From positions 1-64,000 of the forward strand of contig NZ_MWQY01000008.1 in assembly GCF_002087085.1 (NCBI RefSeq): a stretch of DNA of 64,000 nt, read 5' to 3'. The notes under the pieces are model-generated. The model made no database searches. It had not been told where the DNA came from and saw only the letters and a program-made list of their open reading frames with translations. The position numbers and the translations under genes were made by a program. Every line of letters begins with the position of its first letter. Positions within the stretch are counted from its first letter, which is position 1. This document shows positions 18,362 to 27,737 of this stretch, piece after piece.

Positions 18362-20527
18362 ATGAAGCGTATTGTTATTCTTGGCGGCGGGTATGGCGGT
18401 ATCGCCGCGGCTAAGAAGCTGGCAAAGATTTTCAAGAAAAACAACGATATCGAGATTACCATAGTCGACAAGAATACCTATCACACCCTTATGACTGAGC
18501 TCCACGAGGTAGCAGGATCAAGGGTGGATCCGGATTCGGTCATGGTCTCCTATGAGAGAATTTTCGCGAACACGAAAGTCAAGGTGATTACTGATTTTAT
18601 CACCGGTATCGATTTCGAGAAAAAAGCCCTCGTCTCCGAGAAAGCGGCATACCCCTACGACTACCTGATTCTCGGAACAGGCGGAGCCCCGGAATTCTTC
18701 GATATCCAGGGGATTCAGGAGAATTCTTTCTCCCTGTGGTCTCTGGAAGATGCCATCCGCATTCGGCAGCACATAGAAGAGCGCTTCAGGCTGGCGGCCA
18801 AGGAACCGGATCCTGAACAGAAAAAGCAGATGCTTACCTTTGTCGTTGCCGGGGCCGGCTTCACCGGCATCGAGCTCGCCGGTGAGCTTATGGAACGCAG
18901 GGACGTACTCTGTGCCCGCTACCACATCGACCCCAGGGATGTACGGATCATCGTGGTCGAGGCCATGGATCGGGTCCTTCCGATCATTGAAGAGCCCCTG
19001 CGAAAGAAAGCCGAAAAATACATGCGGAAGCATGGAATTGAAATCATGCTCAAGTCTCCCATTGTCGCGGCGGAAGAAAACCTGGTTATCCTGCAGAGCG
19101 GGGAATCCATAAAAACGGAGACCTTTGTCTGGACCTGCGGTATCCACGGTTCCGAGTTTACCAGCCGCATCCCCCTGGAAAAGGGACATACCGCCAGAGG
19201 AGAATGCTCAATCGCCTCCGAAGAAGGCATCCATGGAATGTCAGGCTGCCGCTTCGAAGAGGATGAAACCTATATCGTCGGCAAACGGGGACGTATTCTG
19301 GTCAATAATCTGATGCAGACCGCCGATTACCACGACATTTACGCCGTGGGAGATAACCTCTGGTTTGTTGAGGAAGGAAAGGTCCTTCCGCAGATCGTTG
19401 AGACCGCTCTTCAGACCGGAGAGTGCGCCGCCGAAAACATTGCAGCGGACATACAGAGCAAAGACAAGAAGGGCTTTAAATCAAACTACCACGGTTTCAT
19501 GGTATCCATCGGCGGACGCTACTGCGTCTCCAACGCGGGGGGTATCAAGCTTTCCGGTTTCTTTGCCATGGCCATGAAGCACATGGTCAACCTTCACTAT
19601 CTCTTTGGACTGGCCGGTATAAATGCCTGCTGGGCATATCTCAAACATGAGTTCTTCCATATGGAGGACAAGCGGACCCTGATAGGCGGACATCTTTCCT
19701 ACCGCATGCAGGGATTCTGGGCCGTTCCCCTGAGAATGTGGCTCGGACTTATGTGGCTCGTAGAGGGTGTGAACAAGATTGGAGAAGGCTGGCTCAATTT
19801 TTCCGCCGGCACAAAATCCGGCTGGATGTTCAGTAAGGGAGTAACCCAGGCGGGTGTCAAAGCAGCTGCGGATGCGGCCACTGCAGCCACCGGGGCCGCA
19901 GGGGATTATGCTGCGGACGCCGCGACTGCTGCTACCGGTGCCGCCGATGCGGCGGCCGAAACCGTCACAGCCGCCACCGGTGCTGCTGCAGACTATGCAT
20001 CCGACGCGGTAAGCGCCGCCACCGGAGCAGTTGCGGATACCGCCGCGGAGGCAGTAAGCGCTGCTACCGGAGCCGTCAGTGCAGCCGCCGACAGCGCCCA
20101 CGAGGCTTTCGGCCTGGTATGGGATACGGCCAAAACCATTATCCCCTACGATTCCGGATTCGTGACCTGGTTCAGGGAGATCTTCATGGACAGCATGGCC
20201 GCCTATATTCCGTACCAGCTCTTCCAGGTAATGGTTGTCGGGGTGGAGGTTCTCATCGGCCTTGCCCTCATCGGCGGGCTCTTTACCTTCCCCGCTGCCG
20301 GGGTCTCGATCATCATGTGCTTTGTGTTCATCTTCTCCGGAATGTTCAGCTGGAGTCAGCTCTGGTTCATCTTCGCAGCCATTGTTATGCTGGGCGGTGC
20401 CGGTCGAAGCTTCGGTCTGGATCACTATGTACTTCCCTTCCTGGGCAGGAAATGGCGCTCCATGTCGCTGGTACAGCGTTACCATCTGTACGGCGGCGAA
20501 CCGGTTAACACGAAGAAAAAGCGTTAA
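18362..20527 (+). CDS. Type II NADH dehydrogenase fused to a DoxX/DoxD-like membrane domain with an Ala-rich repeat loop (Listeria EET Ndh2-like architecture)
   Basis: GGGYGG and GAGFTGIELAGEL nucleotide-binding motifs, YAVGD, PQIVETA. C-terminal PLRMWLG..W and EVLIGLALIGGLFT..GAGRSFGLD (DoxX-like). Confidence 0.85.
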   Translation: MKRIVILGGGYGGIAAAKKLAKIFKKNNDIEITIVDKNTYHTLMTELHEVAGSRVDPDSVMVSYERIFANTKVKVITDFITGIDFEKKALVSEKAAYPYDYLILGTGGAPEFFDIQGIQENSFSLWSLEDAIRIRQHIEERFRLAAKEPDPEQKKQMLTFVVAGAGFTGIELAGELMERRDVLCARYHIDPRDVRIIVVEAMDRVLPIIEEPLRKKAEKYMRKHGIEIMLKSPIVAAEENLVILQSGESIKTETFVWTCGIHGSEFTSRIPLEKGHTARGECSIASEEGIHGMSGCRFEEDETYIVGKRGRILVNNLMQTADYHDIYAVGDNLWFVEEGKVLPQIVETALQTGECAAENIAADIQSKDKKGFKSNYHGFMVSIGGRYCVSNAGGIKLSGFFAMAMKHMVNLHYLFGLAGINACWAYLKHEFFHMEDKRTLIGGHLSYRMQGFWAVPLRMWLGLMWLVEGVNKIGEGWLNFSAGTKSGWMFSKGVTQAGVKAAADAATAATGAAGDYAADAATAATGAADAAAETVTAATGAAADYASDAVSAATGAVADTAAEAVSAATGAVSAAADSAHEAFGLVWDTAKTIIPYDSGFVTWFREIFMDSMAAYIPYQLFQVMVVGVEVLIGLALIGGLFTFPAAGVSIIMCFVFIFSGMFSWSQLWFIFAAIVMLGGAGRSFGLDHYVLPFLGRKWRSMSLVQRYHLYGGEPVNTKKKR
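19871..20071 (+). repeat. Five in-frame ~15-aa tandem repeats with core (D/E)xx(S/T)AATG
   Basis: DAATAATG (19871), DAATAATG (19916), ETVTAATG (19958), DAVSAATG (20003), EAVSAATG (20048). Confidence 0.9.
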
Positions 20528-20549
20528 TACAACCGTGCGATCCGATTAC

Positions 20550-21581
20550 ATGCCGCATCCTGGAGCCGAACACCGGCTTCAGGATGCGTCTTTTTCTACA
20601 GCCAGTTCAGCATTTCTCGGCGATATCCTGGGAACCCCCCGGATGGCGGGTGAGCTTGACAATGTACGCAGCATAATCCTCGACTCCGCTGCCGAAAGTG
20701 CGGCCCTCATCCGGGAAAGCCTCGGGGAGATGATCAACGCCGGGGGAAAACTGCTGCGACCTGCCCTGGTACTTCTGGCAGGCTGGTACGGGGGAAAAAA
20801 CCAGGAGACCCTTGGGGCCTTGGCCGCCTCGGTGGAGATGCTCCATATGGCCACCCTGGTGCATGACGATGTTCTCGATGATGCGCCTACCAGGCGGGGC
20901 AAACCGGCGCTGCACGTGACTGTGGGGGCCAAAGCTGCAATACTGATCGGAGACTATCTGTTTGCCCGCTGTTTCACCCTGCTCGATTCCCTCAAGAACA
21001 GGGAGATCGGCCTTCATGCCGCCCGGGCGGTGGAACGTATCTGCGACGGAGAGATCCGCCAGGACACGGAACGCTACTCCCTGGACGTAAGCATGCGCTC
21101 ATATCTTCGGCGGATTTTCGCCAAGACCGCCGTACTTATTACCGCCTCCATGGAGCTGGGCGCGGAACACGGCGAGGCATCGCCGGAGGATGTTCAGCGC
21201 TTCAGGCGGATCGGGTACAACCTGGGAATGGGTTTCCAGGTCGTTGATGATCTGCTCGATTTTACCGGCACAGAAAACCGGACGGGAAAACCGCTGGGCC
21301 GGGACCTGAGTGCCGGAATTTTTACTGCCCCGGTAATCTATACCCTCGCCGGTCCCCGGGGCCGGGACCTGCGGGAGCTGCTTGCATCTCCTCCCTATAA
21401 ACGCAGGGACAGGGATGCTGCGGTCTCTCTTATCCTGAAGGGCGACGGAATTGAACAGAGCCGCCGTCTGGCGAAGAGCTATACCCGACGGGCATTGAAA
21501 GAAATCGAAAGCCTTGAAAAAGGCGAAACCAGGAATCTTCTCGCCGCCCTTGCGGACAGCCTGCTTGTCAGGGAGATCTGA
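20550..21581 (+). CDS. Polyprenyl (heptaprenyl-type) diphosphate synthase
   Basis: GGKLLRP, LVHDDVLD..RRG (FARM), GDYL, KTA, FQVVDDLLD (SARM). Start taken at MPHP, after the ndh2 stop. Confidence 0.9.
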   Translation: MPHPGAEHRLQDASFSTASSAFLGDILGTPRMAGELDNVRSIILDSAAESAALIRESLGEMINAGGKLLRPALVLLAGWYGGKNQETLGALAASVEMLHMATLVHDDVLDDAPTRRGKPALHVTVGAKAAILIGDYLFARCFTLLDSLKNREIGLHAARAVERICDGEIRQDTERYSLDVSMRSYLRRIFAKTAVLITASMELGAEHGEASPEDVQRFRRIGYNLGMGFQVVDDLLDFTGTENRTGKPLGRDLSAGIFTAPVIYTLAGPRGRDLRELLASPPYKRRDRDAAVSLILKGDGIEQSRRLAKSYTRRALKEIESLEKGETRNLLAALADSLLVREI

Positions 21582-21647
21582 GAACCCCCTACATTCCTCA
21601 ACAGTATACACCGGTATTCTTTCTTGCTGACAGATTTTATCCTGGAG

Positions 21648-21683
21648 AACCCCATCCCTCGCTATGTCGGATAGGGTTTTTTT
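21648..21683 (+). terminator. Probable Rho-independent terminator
   Basis: AACCCCATCC...GGATAGGGTT imperfect hairpin plus T tract. Confidence 0.6.
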
Positions 21684-21796
21684 ATAATTTCTCTCTTTTT
21701 GTACACAATTTTGATATATACATCATGTTATTATAGCCCCAGGAACCAACATATGATACAATCATGAACAGTATATTACGTAAAAGGAGCTTCTGT

Positions 21797-23188
21797 ATGG
21801 CAATTCGATCGATTAATCCTTCCACCGGCAGGCTTATAAAGGAGTTCACTCCTCTGACAGAACAGGAGATCGAAATAAAACTGTCCCTGGCGGCAGACTG
21901 CTTCCGGGAATACCGCCGATTCAGCTTTGAAGAGCGCGCAGGGCTGATGTTCAAGGCCGCTGATCTTCTGGAAAACCGCAGGGACGATTATGCCGGTCTT
22001 ATAAGCGCTGAAATGGGCAAGACGATCCGGGATTCCCGGGCCGAGGTTGAGAAGTCAGCATGGGTATGCCGATACTACGCTGACAACGCGGCGGCGTTTA
22101 TGGCCGATGAGATGGTCGCCACCGAGGCAAAGCAGAGCTTTGTCCGCTACCAGCCCATCGGGCCGGTTCTGGCTGTAATGCCCTGGAACTACCCCTTCTG
22201 GCAGGTGTTCCGATTTGCCGCGCCCGCCCTTATGGCCGGTAATGTGGGACTCCTCAAGCATGCCTCCAACGTGCCTCAGAGCGCCCTGGAGATAGAGCGT
22301 ATATTTCTTCAGGCAGGCTTCCCGGAAGGAGCCTTTCAGACCTTATTGATTCCCGCCGGAAGAATAGCGGGCCTGACCGCCGACCCCCGCATAAAAGCAG
22401 CCACCTTGACCGGCAGTGAAGCAGCCGGCGCCAGCCTTGCGGCCAACTGCGGCGGGAATCTGAAAAAGACCGTCCTTGAACTCGGCGGAAGCGACCCCTA
22501 TATTGTGCTCCCCGATGCCGACATGGAGAAAGCTGCTGCAACTGCAACCCGGGCGCGACTGGTGAACAATGGTCAGGCCTGCATTGCAGCCAAACGCTTT
22601 ATCCTGCACCATGAGATTGCGGATGATTTTCTGAACCGCCTCGTTGCAGAGTACGGGAAGATACGGGTTGGGGACCCTGCGGATGAGTCTACCGATCTCG
22701 GTCCTCTGGTATCCTCCCAGGCTTTGGAGGAGATACGGGACCAGGTTGCTCAATGTGTCGCTCAGGGGGGAACGATTGCCTTCGGAAGAGATCCTGAGGA
22801 GCTCGAAACTTACAAAGACCCCGACTTGAGAGGCGGGTACTACTTTCCCCCCACGATAATCACCGGGCTAACCCAGGCTGCCCCCATATCAAAGCAGGAG
22901 ATCTTTGGCCCCGTGGCAATGATTTTTCGTGCCCGTGATCTTGACGAGGCCATAGAGATCGCAAATGCGACGGAATTCGGACTTGGTGCGAGCGCCTGGA
23001 CCGGAAATCCTGAAAACGCCGAACGACTGATCAATGAAATCGAGGCGGGTAACGTATTCATAAACAGCATGGTCAAGTCAGATCCCCGCCTTCCCTTCGG
23101 AGGAATCAAAACCTCCGGTTACGGCCGGGAACTGAGCGCTCTGGGTTTACGGGAGTTTACAAATATCAAGACCGTATGGGTGGACTAA
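21797..23188 (+). CDS. NAD(P)-dependent succinate-semialdehyde dehydrogenase-like aldehyde dehydrogenase
   Basis: MPWNYP, LKHASN, LTGS, LELGGSD, GQACIA, EIFGPV, PFGGIK. Start at MAIRSIN after an AAGGAG RBS. Confidence 0.9.
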   Translation: MAIRSINPSTGRLIKEFTPLTEQEIEIKLSLAADCFREYRRFSFEERAGLMFKAADLLENRRDDYAGLISAEMGKTIRDSRAEVEKSAWVCRYYADNAAAFMADEMVATEAKQSFVRYQPIGPVLAVMPWNYPFWQVFRFAAPALMAGNVGLLKHASNVPQSALEIERIFLQAGFPEGAFQTLLIPAGRIAGLTADPRIKAATLTGSEAAGASLAANCGGNLKKTVLELGGSDPYIVLPDADMEKAAATATRARLVNNGQACIAAKRFILHHEIADDFLNRLVAEYGKIRVGDPADESTDLGPLVSSQALEEIRDQVAQCVAQGGTIAFGRDPEELETYKDPDLRGGYYFPPTIITGLTQAAPISKQEIFGPVAMIFRARDLDEAIEIANATEFGLGASAWTGNPENAERLINEIEAGNVFINSMVKSDPRLPFGGIKTSGYGRELSALGLREFTNIKTVWVD

Positions 23189-23208
23189 TTCCCGGTTGAA
23201 ATGCTTAC

Positions 23209-23661
23209 TCAGCGAGCGTAATGTCCCACAATCCGGCATTCACCGCGGATGTGCCCTTCCATGGCTTTAAGCAGTTCCTTTTTGTCAGCCCCCTGTTTCA
23301 GGCTGAGAAGGGTATCCAGGGCATACAGCTTGAAAAAATAGCGATGCCTTCCCGCCGGAGGACAGGGACCGCCATAACCGATACGGCCAAAGTCGTTCTT
23401 TCCCTGCAGACCGCCGCCGTCGAGGACTCCTTTCGCCGGCAGATCCTCGGGAAGAGCAGAAGTCTCGCCGGGAAGGTTATAGAGCACCCAGTGAACCCAG
23501 GTTCCCATGGGTGCGTCAGGATCATCACAAATCAGGGAAAAGGAACGGACCCCTCCCGGAACACCCGACCAGCTGAGAGGGGGAGAGACATCGCTCCCGT
23601 CGCAGGTATACTTTGCAGGAATAGACTCCCCGTCTCTGAAAACAGGACTTTCAATCTTCAT
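23209..23661 (-). CDS. YbhB/YbcL (PEBP) family protein
   Basis: SPPLSW, DPDAP, WVHW, YGGPCPP, HRYFF. Confidence 0.92.
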   Translation of the reverse strand: MKIESPVFRDGESIPAKYTCDGSDVSPPLSWSGVPGGVRSFSLICDDPDAPMGTWVHWVLYNLPGETSALPEDLPAKGVLDGGGLQGKNDFGRIGYGGPCPPAGRHRYFFKLYALDTLLSLKQGADKKELLKAMEGHIRGECRIVGHYAR

Positions 23662-23690
23662 GCATGCTCCTCCTATCTGATATATGCGGA

Positions 23691-25276
23691 CTATATTCCT
23701 TCACCGGACCTGGAAAAACTTATCCTGGCCAGCAGATCAGGCTCGGGCAGAAAATCTATGGAGCCGTTGATCTGTGAAGCGAGCTGTTTGACAAGTTCAC
23801 GGCTTAAACTCTTATCTGTATTCAGCATGGGAATGGATGTGAAAGTCTCACCGGTATTCCTGAACCCGATATGATATACCCCCTCGGTATCACGATAAAA
23901 ATCGATACGCAGGCGAATGTTGCCGGGCCCATCATCGCTTTCCCCCAGAATAGTAAGCAGAAGTTCATGGACCATCAGACCAAGGGGCATCGCATAGTGG
24001 ACATCCAGCGTAAGATCCTTTCCATGGACTTCGATACCGCCGGAGCCTGCTTTTCCCCCCGCCGCGGGCAGGGTCTCCGCAAGGACCCTGAGAAACTGGG
24101 TAAAATTCAGCAGCGACAGGTCCTCATTCTGATAGAGCAGGTTATGAATCATGCTCAGAGCGTGTACCCTGCTGCCGGTTATCTTCAAACCGGACTTTTC
24201 ACGGTCAGGGGTATCGGTATCTTCCAGCTGTAAATCAATCAGACTGGCGATCAGTGCGAGGTTGTTTCGTACCCTGTGGTGAACCTCCTGCAGAAGGGAG
24301 TCCTTCTGCCGCAGGGCATGCATGAGCCGGGTCTCCACCTCCTTCTGTTCGGTAATATCGATGATCACGGAGTTCAGAATTGTACGATCCGGCAGCTGAA
24401 CGGCACTGCTGAAGACAGCAACGTCCCGGAGAGACCCGTCCTTCAGACGATGCCTGAACTCAAAGTAGTTTCTTTTGTTCTCCGCAGCAGAGCGCATCTC
24501 CTCGAGGATTTCCTCTTTTGAAAGGGTATTGATATCCGGCACACCCATTGTACTGAGCTCGTCCCTGCTCCAGCCGTAAAAATTGACGGCAGCCTGGTTC
24601 GCATCCAGTATCCTTCCGTCGGCGGGGTTAAGAATCAAACGGGGAGCAAAGGTATCCTCAAAGAGGCTCCGGTACCAGGTCTCGCTGGTGTGAAGATCGC
24701 TTTTGGTCCTGATCAGCTCCTGCTGCTTCAGAAAGAGAAGCAGGATCACAACCAGAGCAGGCGGATACAGCAGCATCACCCAGACTCCGATGGAGCGTAT
24801 TACCGAAATTCCCAGAGAGCCGGGTAAGGTCAGCTGACAGAGAAGCATTGTTGCGTGAACGGCAAGCCCCAGAAACCACAGATTCACAGGACGCTGCCAG
24901 GCCGGGTTTCGTCTGCGAAGAAAAAAGAAAAGAGTTCCGAGCGCGGCTGATTCGATAATGGTGAGGACCCCGGCAAGAACCCCGCCCCCCCCAGGTAGAT
25001 CCGGTAGGCAGCGGTAATGGATGCGGCGATGAACGCGGCGGCAGGACCGCAGATATAACCTGCGGCACTCAGCACAATGGACCGCCCGTCATAGATCACC
25101 CCGAGGGCAAAGACCATGGGGGTCATCATTCCGACAAGTCCGACACAGGCAAAAAGCAGACCGGCAAGAAGAGAAAAGAAGGGGTTTTCCCTCTTGAGTC
25201 TGGTATGGATCTGTTCGTACCCCACGGTAAGGGCTACCAGGAGCGCTATGTTATGTACCAGATCAAGAATAATCAT
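23691..25276 (-). pseudogene. LytS-type 5TM + PAS + HisKA_2 sensor kinase, split by a frameshift (one base short) in a G8CG4 tract
   Basis: The 5' ORF (25276-24884) is a 5TM-LytS N-terminus (GVIYDGRS, YRIYLGG). The 3' ORF has PAS and EVHHRVRNN. Adding one G at 24980-24992 restores one frame (LGG.GVLAGVLTIIESAALG...). Confidence 0.8.
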
Positions 25277-25461
25277 ATACAGGCACCTCTAAAAACGTGG
25301 CATTTTTACCATAGTCAAGGAGGAATGATTTTGCAGCCCCCGCAAACTCTTGTGCAACAAGAGTTGAGGACCGCGGAAAATCTCGACGACGCAGGATATG
25401 GGAAAAAGAACAATTTTTTAAGGTGCCCATACGTTTACCTTGAAATCTATCACAACCTTAT

Positions 25462-26394
25462 TCAAATCCCAGGACTGCCTTTTATTTCCGCCTTTGTTTC
25501 ACCGAATCTGCTTACCACCACGATTCCGGCAGCGATCAGGGCGACACTGAGAATCAGCCAGGGGGACAAGACCTCTCCCAGAAGCACACCGCTTAAAATG
25601 ACACCGAACAAAGGAGTAAAGAACGAGAAGGAGGTTATTACGCTGGCATTGTAGCGCCGTAAAAGGCTGGTGAGCAGAATAAAGCAGAAGCCTGCCACCA
25701 CTACACCCTGATAGAGAATAGCGGCGACAACCGCAGGATTTATCCTGTACTCATAGGAGCCTTCGAAAATGAACGTCACCGCCAGAAAAGCCGGAACACT
25801 GAATACCGACTGCCAGAATACCAGCTTTACCGGATGCAGCCCCTGGGTCATTCTCTTGGTAACCACCTGTCGCAGACCGAGAAGAATACAGCTGCTGAAC
25901 ACGATGAGATCACCCGCAATCGAACCTGCACTGCCGACTATGAAGGCTTCCCCGAATATGAGCGCCACACCGCTGAAGGAGACAGCCATGCCCAGGATCT
26001 TACCGCCGTTCAGGTGATCTCCCCGGATCAGCAAATGGGCGAAAAGGGCCGTGGCAAAGGGATAAGAGGAGATAAGCACCGTTGCATGGGCCGCCAGAGT
26101 CAGGGAGGTCCCTATATTCATCGTAAGTATCTGTACCACAAAGAGGGCCACAAGACCCAGTAAAAAAAGGAGTTCCTCCTTAACGAGCTTCAGGGAAATT
26201 CCCGCGAACCTTGCATAGGGCCAGACCGCCAGGGCTCCCAGAAAAAAGCGGACCGCCGCAATGGCCGCCGGAGGCATACCGCTGGAGGCGATCTTTATGG
26301 AAACCGTATTACCGCCCCATAAGGTTGCGGAAAGAAAAGCCAGGAGACCTGCCCCAAGGGTAAGCCTGTCATTCAGTATGGATGAGTCCTTCAT
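25462..26394 (-). CDS. DMT/EamA family transporter
   Basis: About 10 TM segments; LWGG, RF, LLGE motifs. Confidence 0.88.
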   Translation of the reverse strand: MKDSSILNDRLTLGAGLLAFLSATLWGGNTVSIKIASSGMPPAAIAAVRFFLGALAVWPYARFAGISLKLVKEELLFLLGLVALFVVQILTMNIGTSLTLAAHATVLISSYPFATALFAHLLIRGDHLNGGKILGMAVSFSGVALIFGEAFIVGSAGSIAGDLIVFSSCILLGLRQVVTKRMTQGLHPVKLVFWQSVFSVPAFLAVTFIFEGSYEYRINPAVVAAILYQGVVVAGFCFILLTSLLRRYNASVITSFSFFTPLFGVILSGVLLGEVLSPWLILSVALIAAGIVVVSRFGETKAEIKGSPGI

Positions 26395-26450
26395 TCCGGT
26401 GAGTGTAGGAACCCCGGCCCTTTAGGTCAAGCGCCGGAGGTGTAAGAACG

Positions 26451-26711
26451 TCAATCTTGAGGACAGGTCTCCCGTTCGAGTTCCGACAGGAACAGAAGGG
26501 CTTCCTGCCTGTTCGATCCGCACATACCGGGATCGGGACGCAAAGCGGCACACACCGCCGGGTAATCGGGAGAACCATGAATACTGCAGCGGAAATGTTC
26601 ATCAAGATTGACGCAGGGTACCCCCGCGGGTTTTCCATCGGGCATTCCGGGAATGGAGGATGAGATGGATATGGCGATGCAACAGGCTCCGCAGCCGGCC
26701 CGGCAGGTCAT
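26451..26711 (-). CDS. YkgJ-family CxxCxxCC cysteine-cluster protein
   Basis: MTCRAGCGACCIA..GKPAGVPC..CSI..PAVC. Confidence 0.85.
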   Translation of the reverse strand: MTCRAGCGACCIAISISSSIPGMPDGKPAGVPCVNLDEHFRCSIHGSPDYPAVCAALRPDPGMCGSNRQEALLFLSELERETCPQD

Positions 26712-26714
26712 TCT

Positions 26715-27611
26715 TCAGCCGCCCAGCTTCGCGAAGAGACTTCGGATTGTATCGTCATAGTCGGGAACTCCACCGGAGCGGGCGGCAGTAAAGGAGCCCA
26801 GGGCGGCGCCGTAGCCGGCAGCTTCGAAGGGATCCTTGCCCCGCCCCAGGGCATACATGAAGCCGGCGGAAAAACTGTCCCCTGCCCCCACAGCGTCGGC
26901 CACCTCCACCGGTTCAACGGGTATCCGACGCAGGATTCCACCGGACAGGAGGGTAACCCCGTCCTTTCCCCGGGTTACAATAAGGCTTTCCAGTCCGAAC
27001 TGCTCTGTCAGTCTGTTCATATGTTCTTCGGGGCTCCCGGTCCCGTCAAGACCGAACATCTCAGCCACAAGATCCAGTTCATCATTATTGAGCTTTACAA
27101 TGGTGGCGTGCCGGAGGGACACATCGATAATCTCCCGGGAATAGTAGCTCTGGCGAAGATTGACGTCATAAAAGCGATGTCGGGCCCGGACCTTCTCGAA
27201 AAGTGAACGCAGGGTTGTGCGGTTGATCTCGCTGCGCTGTGCCAGGGTTCCAAAGTAAAAGCAGTCCCAGTCTCCCGCCTGAATTGCGGCCAGTTGTTCA
27301 TCCTTGAGACGGATACAGTCCCAGGCGACTCCCTCGTGTATTGTATAGGAGGGCTGCCCGGCTTCGAGTTCCACCGTCACAGTCCCCGTCGGGGCATCGC
27401 CGACACGATTGATGTAATCCGCCTGAATTCCGTGCCTCACAAGAGCATCGAAACCCCTGTCGCCCCGCTCATCGTTTCCGAGAGCCGAAACCAGATACGA
27501 TTCCCCTCCCAGTTTTGCCAGATGGGCCGCAAAATTGAGGGAAGCCCCGCCTATATGCTCAGTATCGCCGATTATATCCCAGAGAATTTCACCGAAGGAG
27601 ATAGCTTTCAT
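26715..27611 (-). CDS. PfkB-family carbohydrate kinase (fructokinase-like)
   Basis: GEILWD, GGA..N, DVNLR, KLNNDE, DAVGAGDSF. Confidence 0.92.
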   Translation of the reverse strand: MKAISFGEILWDIIGDTEHIGGASLNFAAHLAKLGGESYLVSALGNDERGDRGFDALVRHGIQADYINRVGDAPTGTVTVELEAGQPSYTIHEGVAWDCIRLKDEQLAAIQAGDWDCFYFGTLAQRSEINRTTLRSLFEKVRARHRFYDVNLRQSYYSREIIDVSLRHATIVKLNNDELDLVAEMFGLDGTGSPEEHMNRLTEQFGLESLIVTRGKDGVTLLSGGILRRIPVEPVEVADAVGAGDSFSAGFMYALGRGKDPFEAAGYGAALGSFTAARSGGVPDYDDTIRSLFAKLGG

Positions 27612-27737
27612 GGACTCATAGTATCATGACAGGGGACATCTGGGAAATAATACTGAACGATTTGCGAGTATCGTCTATTCCCCATGTTTGATTTTCCTGC
27701 TATCGTTCCCTCTATAAGATAACCGGGGATAGTAAAA

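Noticed and set aside
19862..20100. Repeat array as a CRISPR or DNA-level VNTR
   Set aside because: The repeats are conserved at protein level with divergent synonymous codons; there is no spacer structure and no cas genes.
20235..20549. N-terminal extension of the polyprenyl synthase ORF
   Set aside because: It overlaps the ndh2 C-terminus in another frame; the homologous region begins after 20550.
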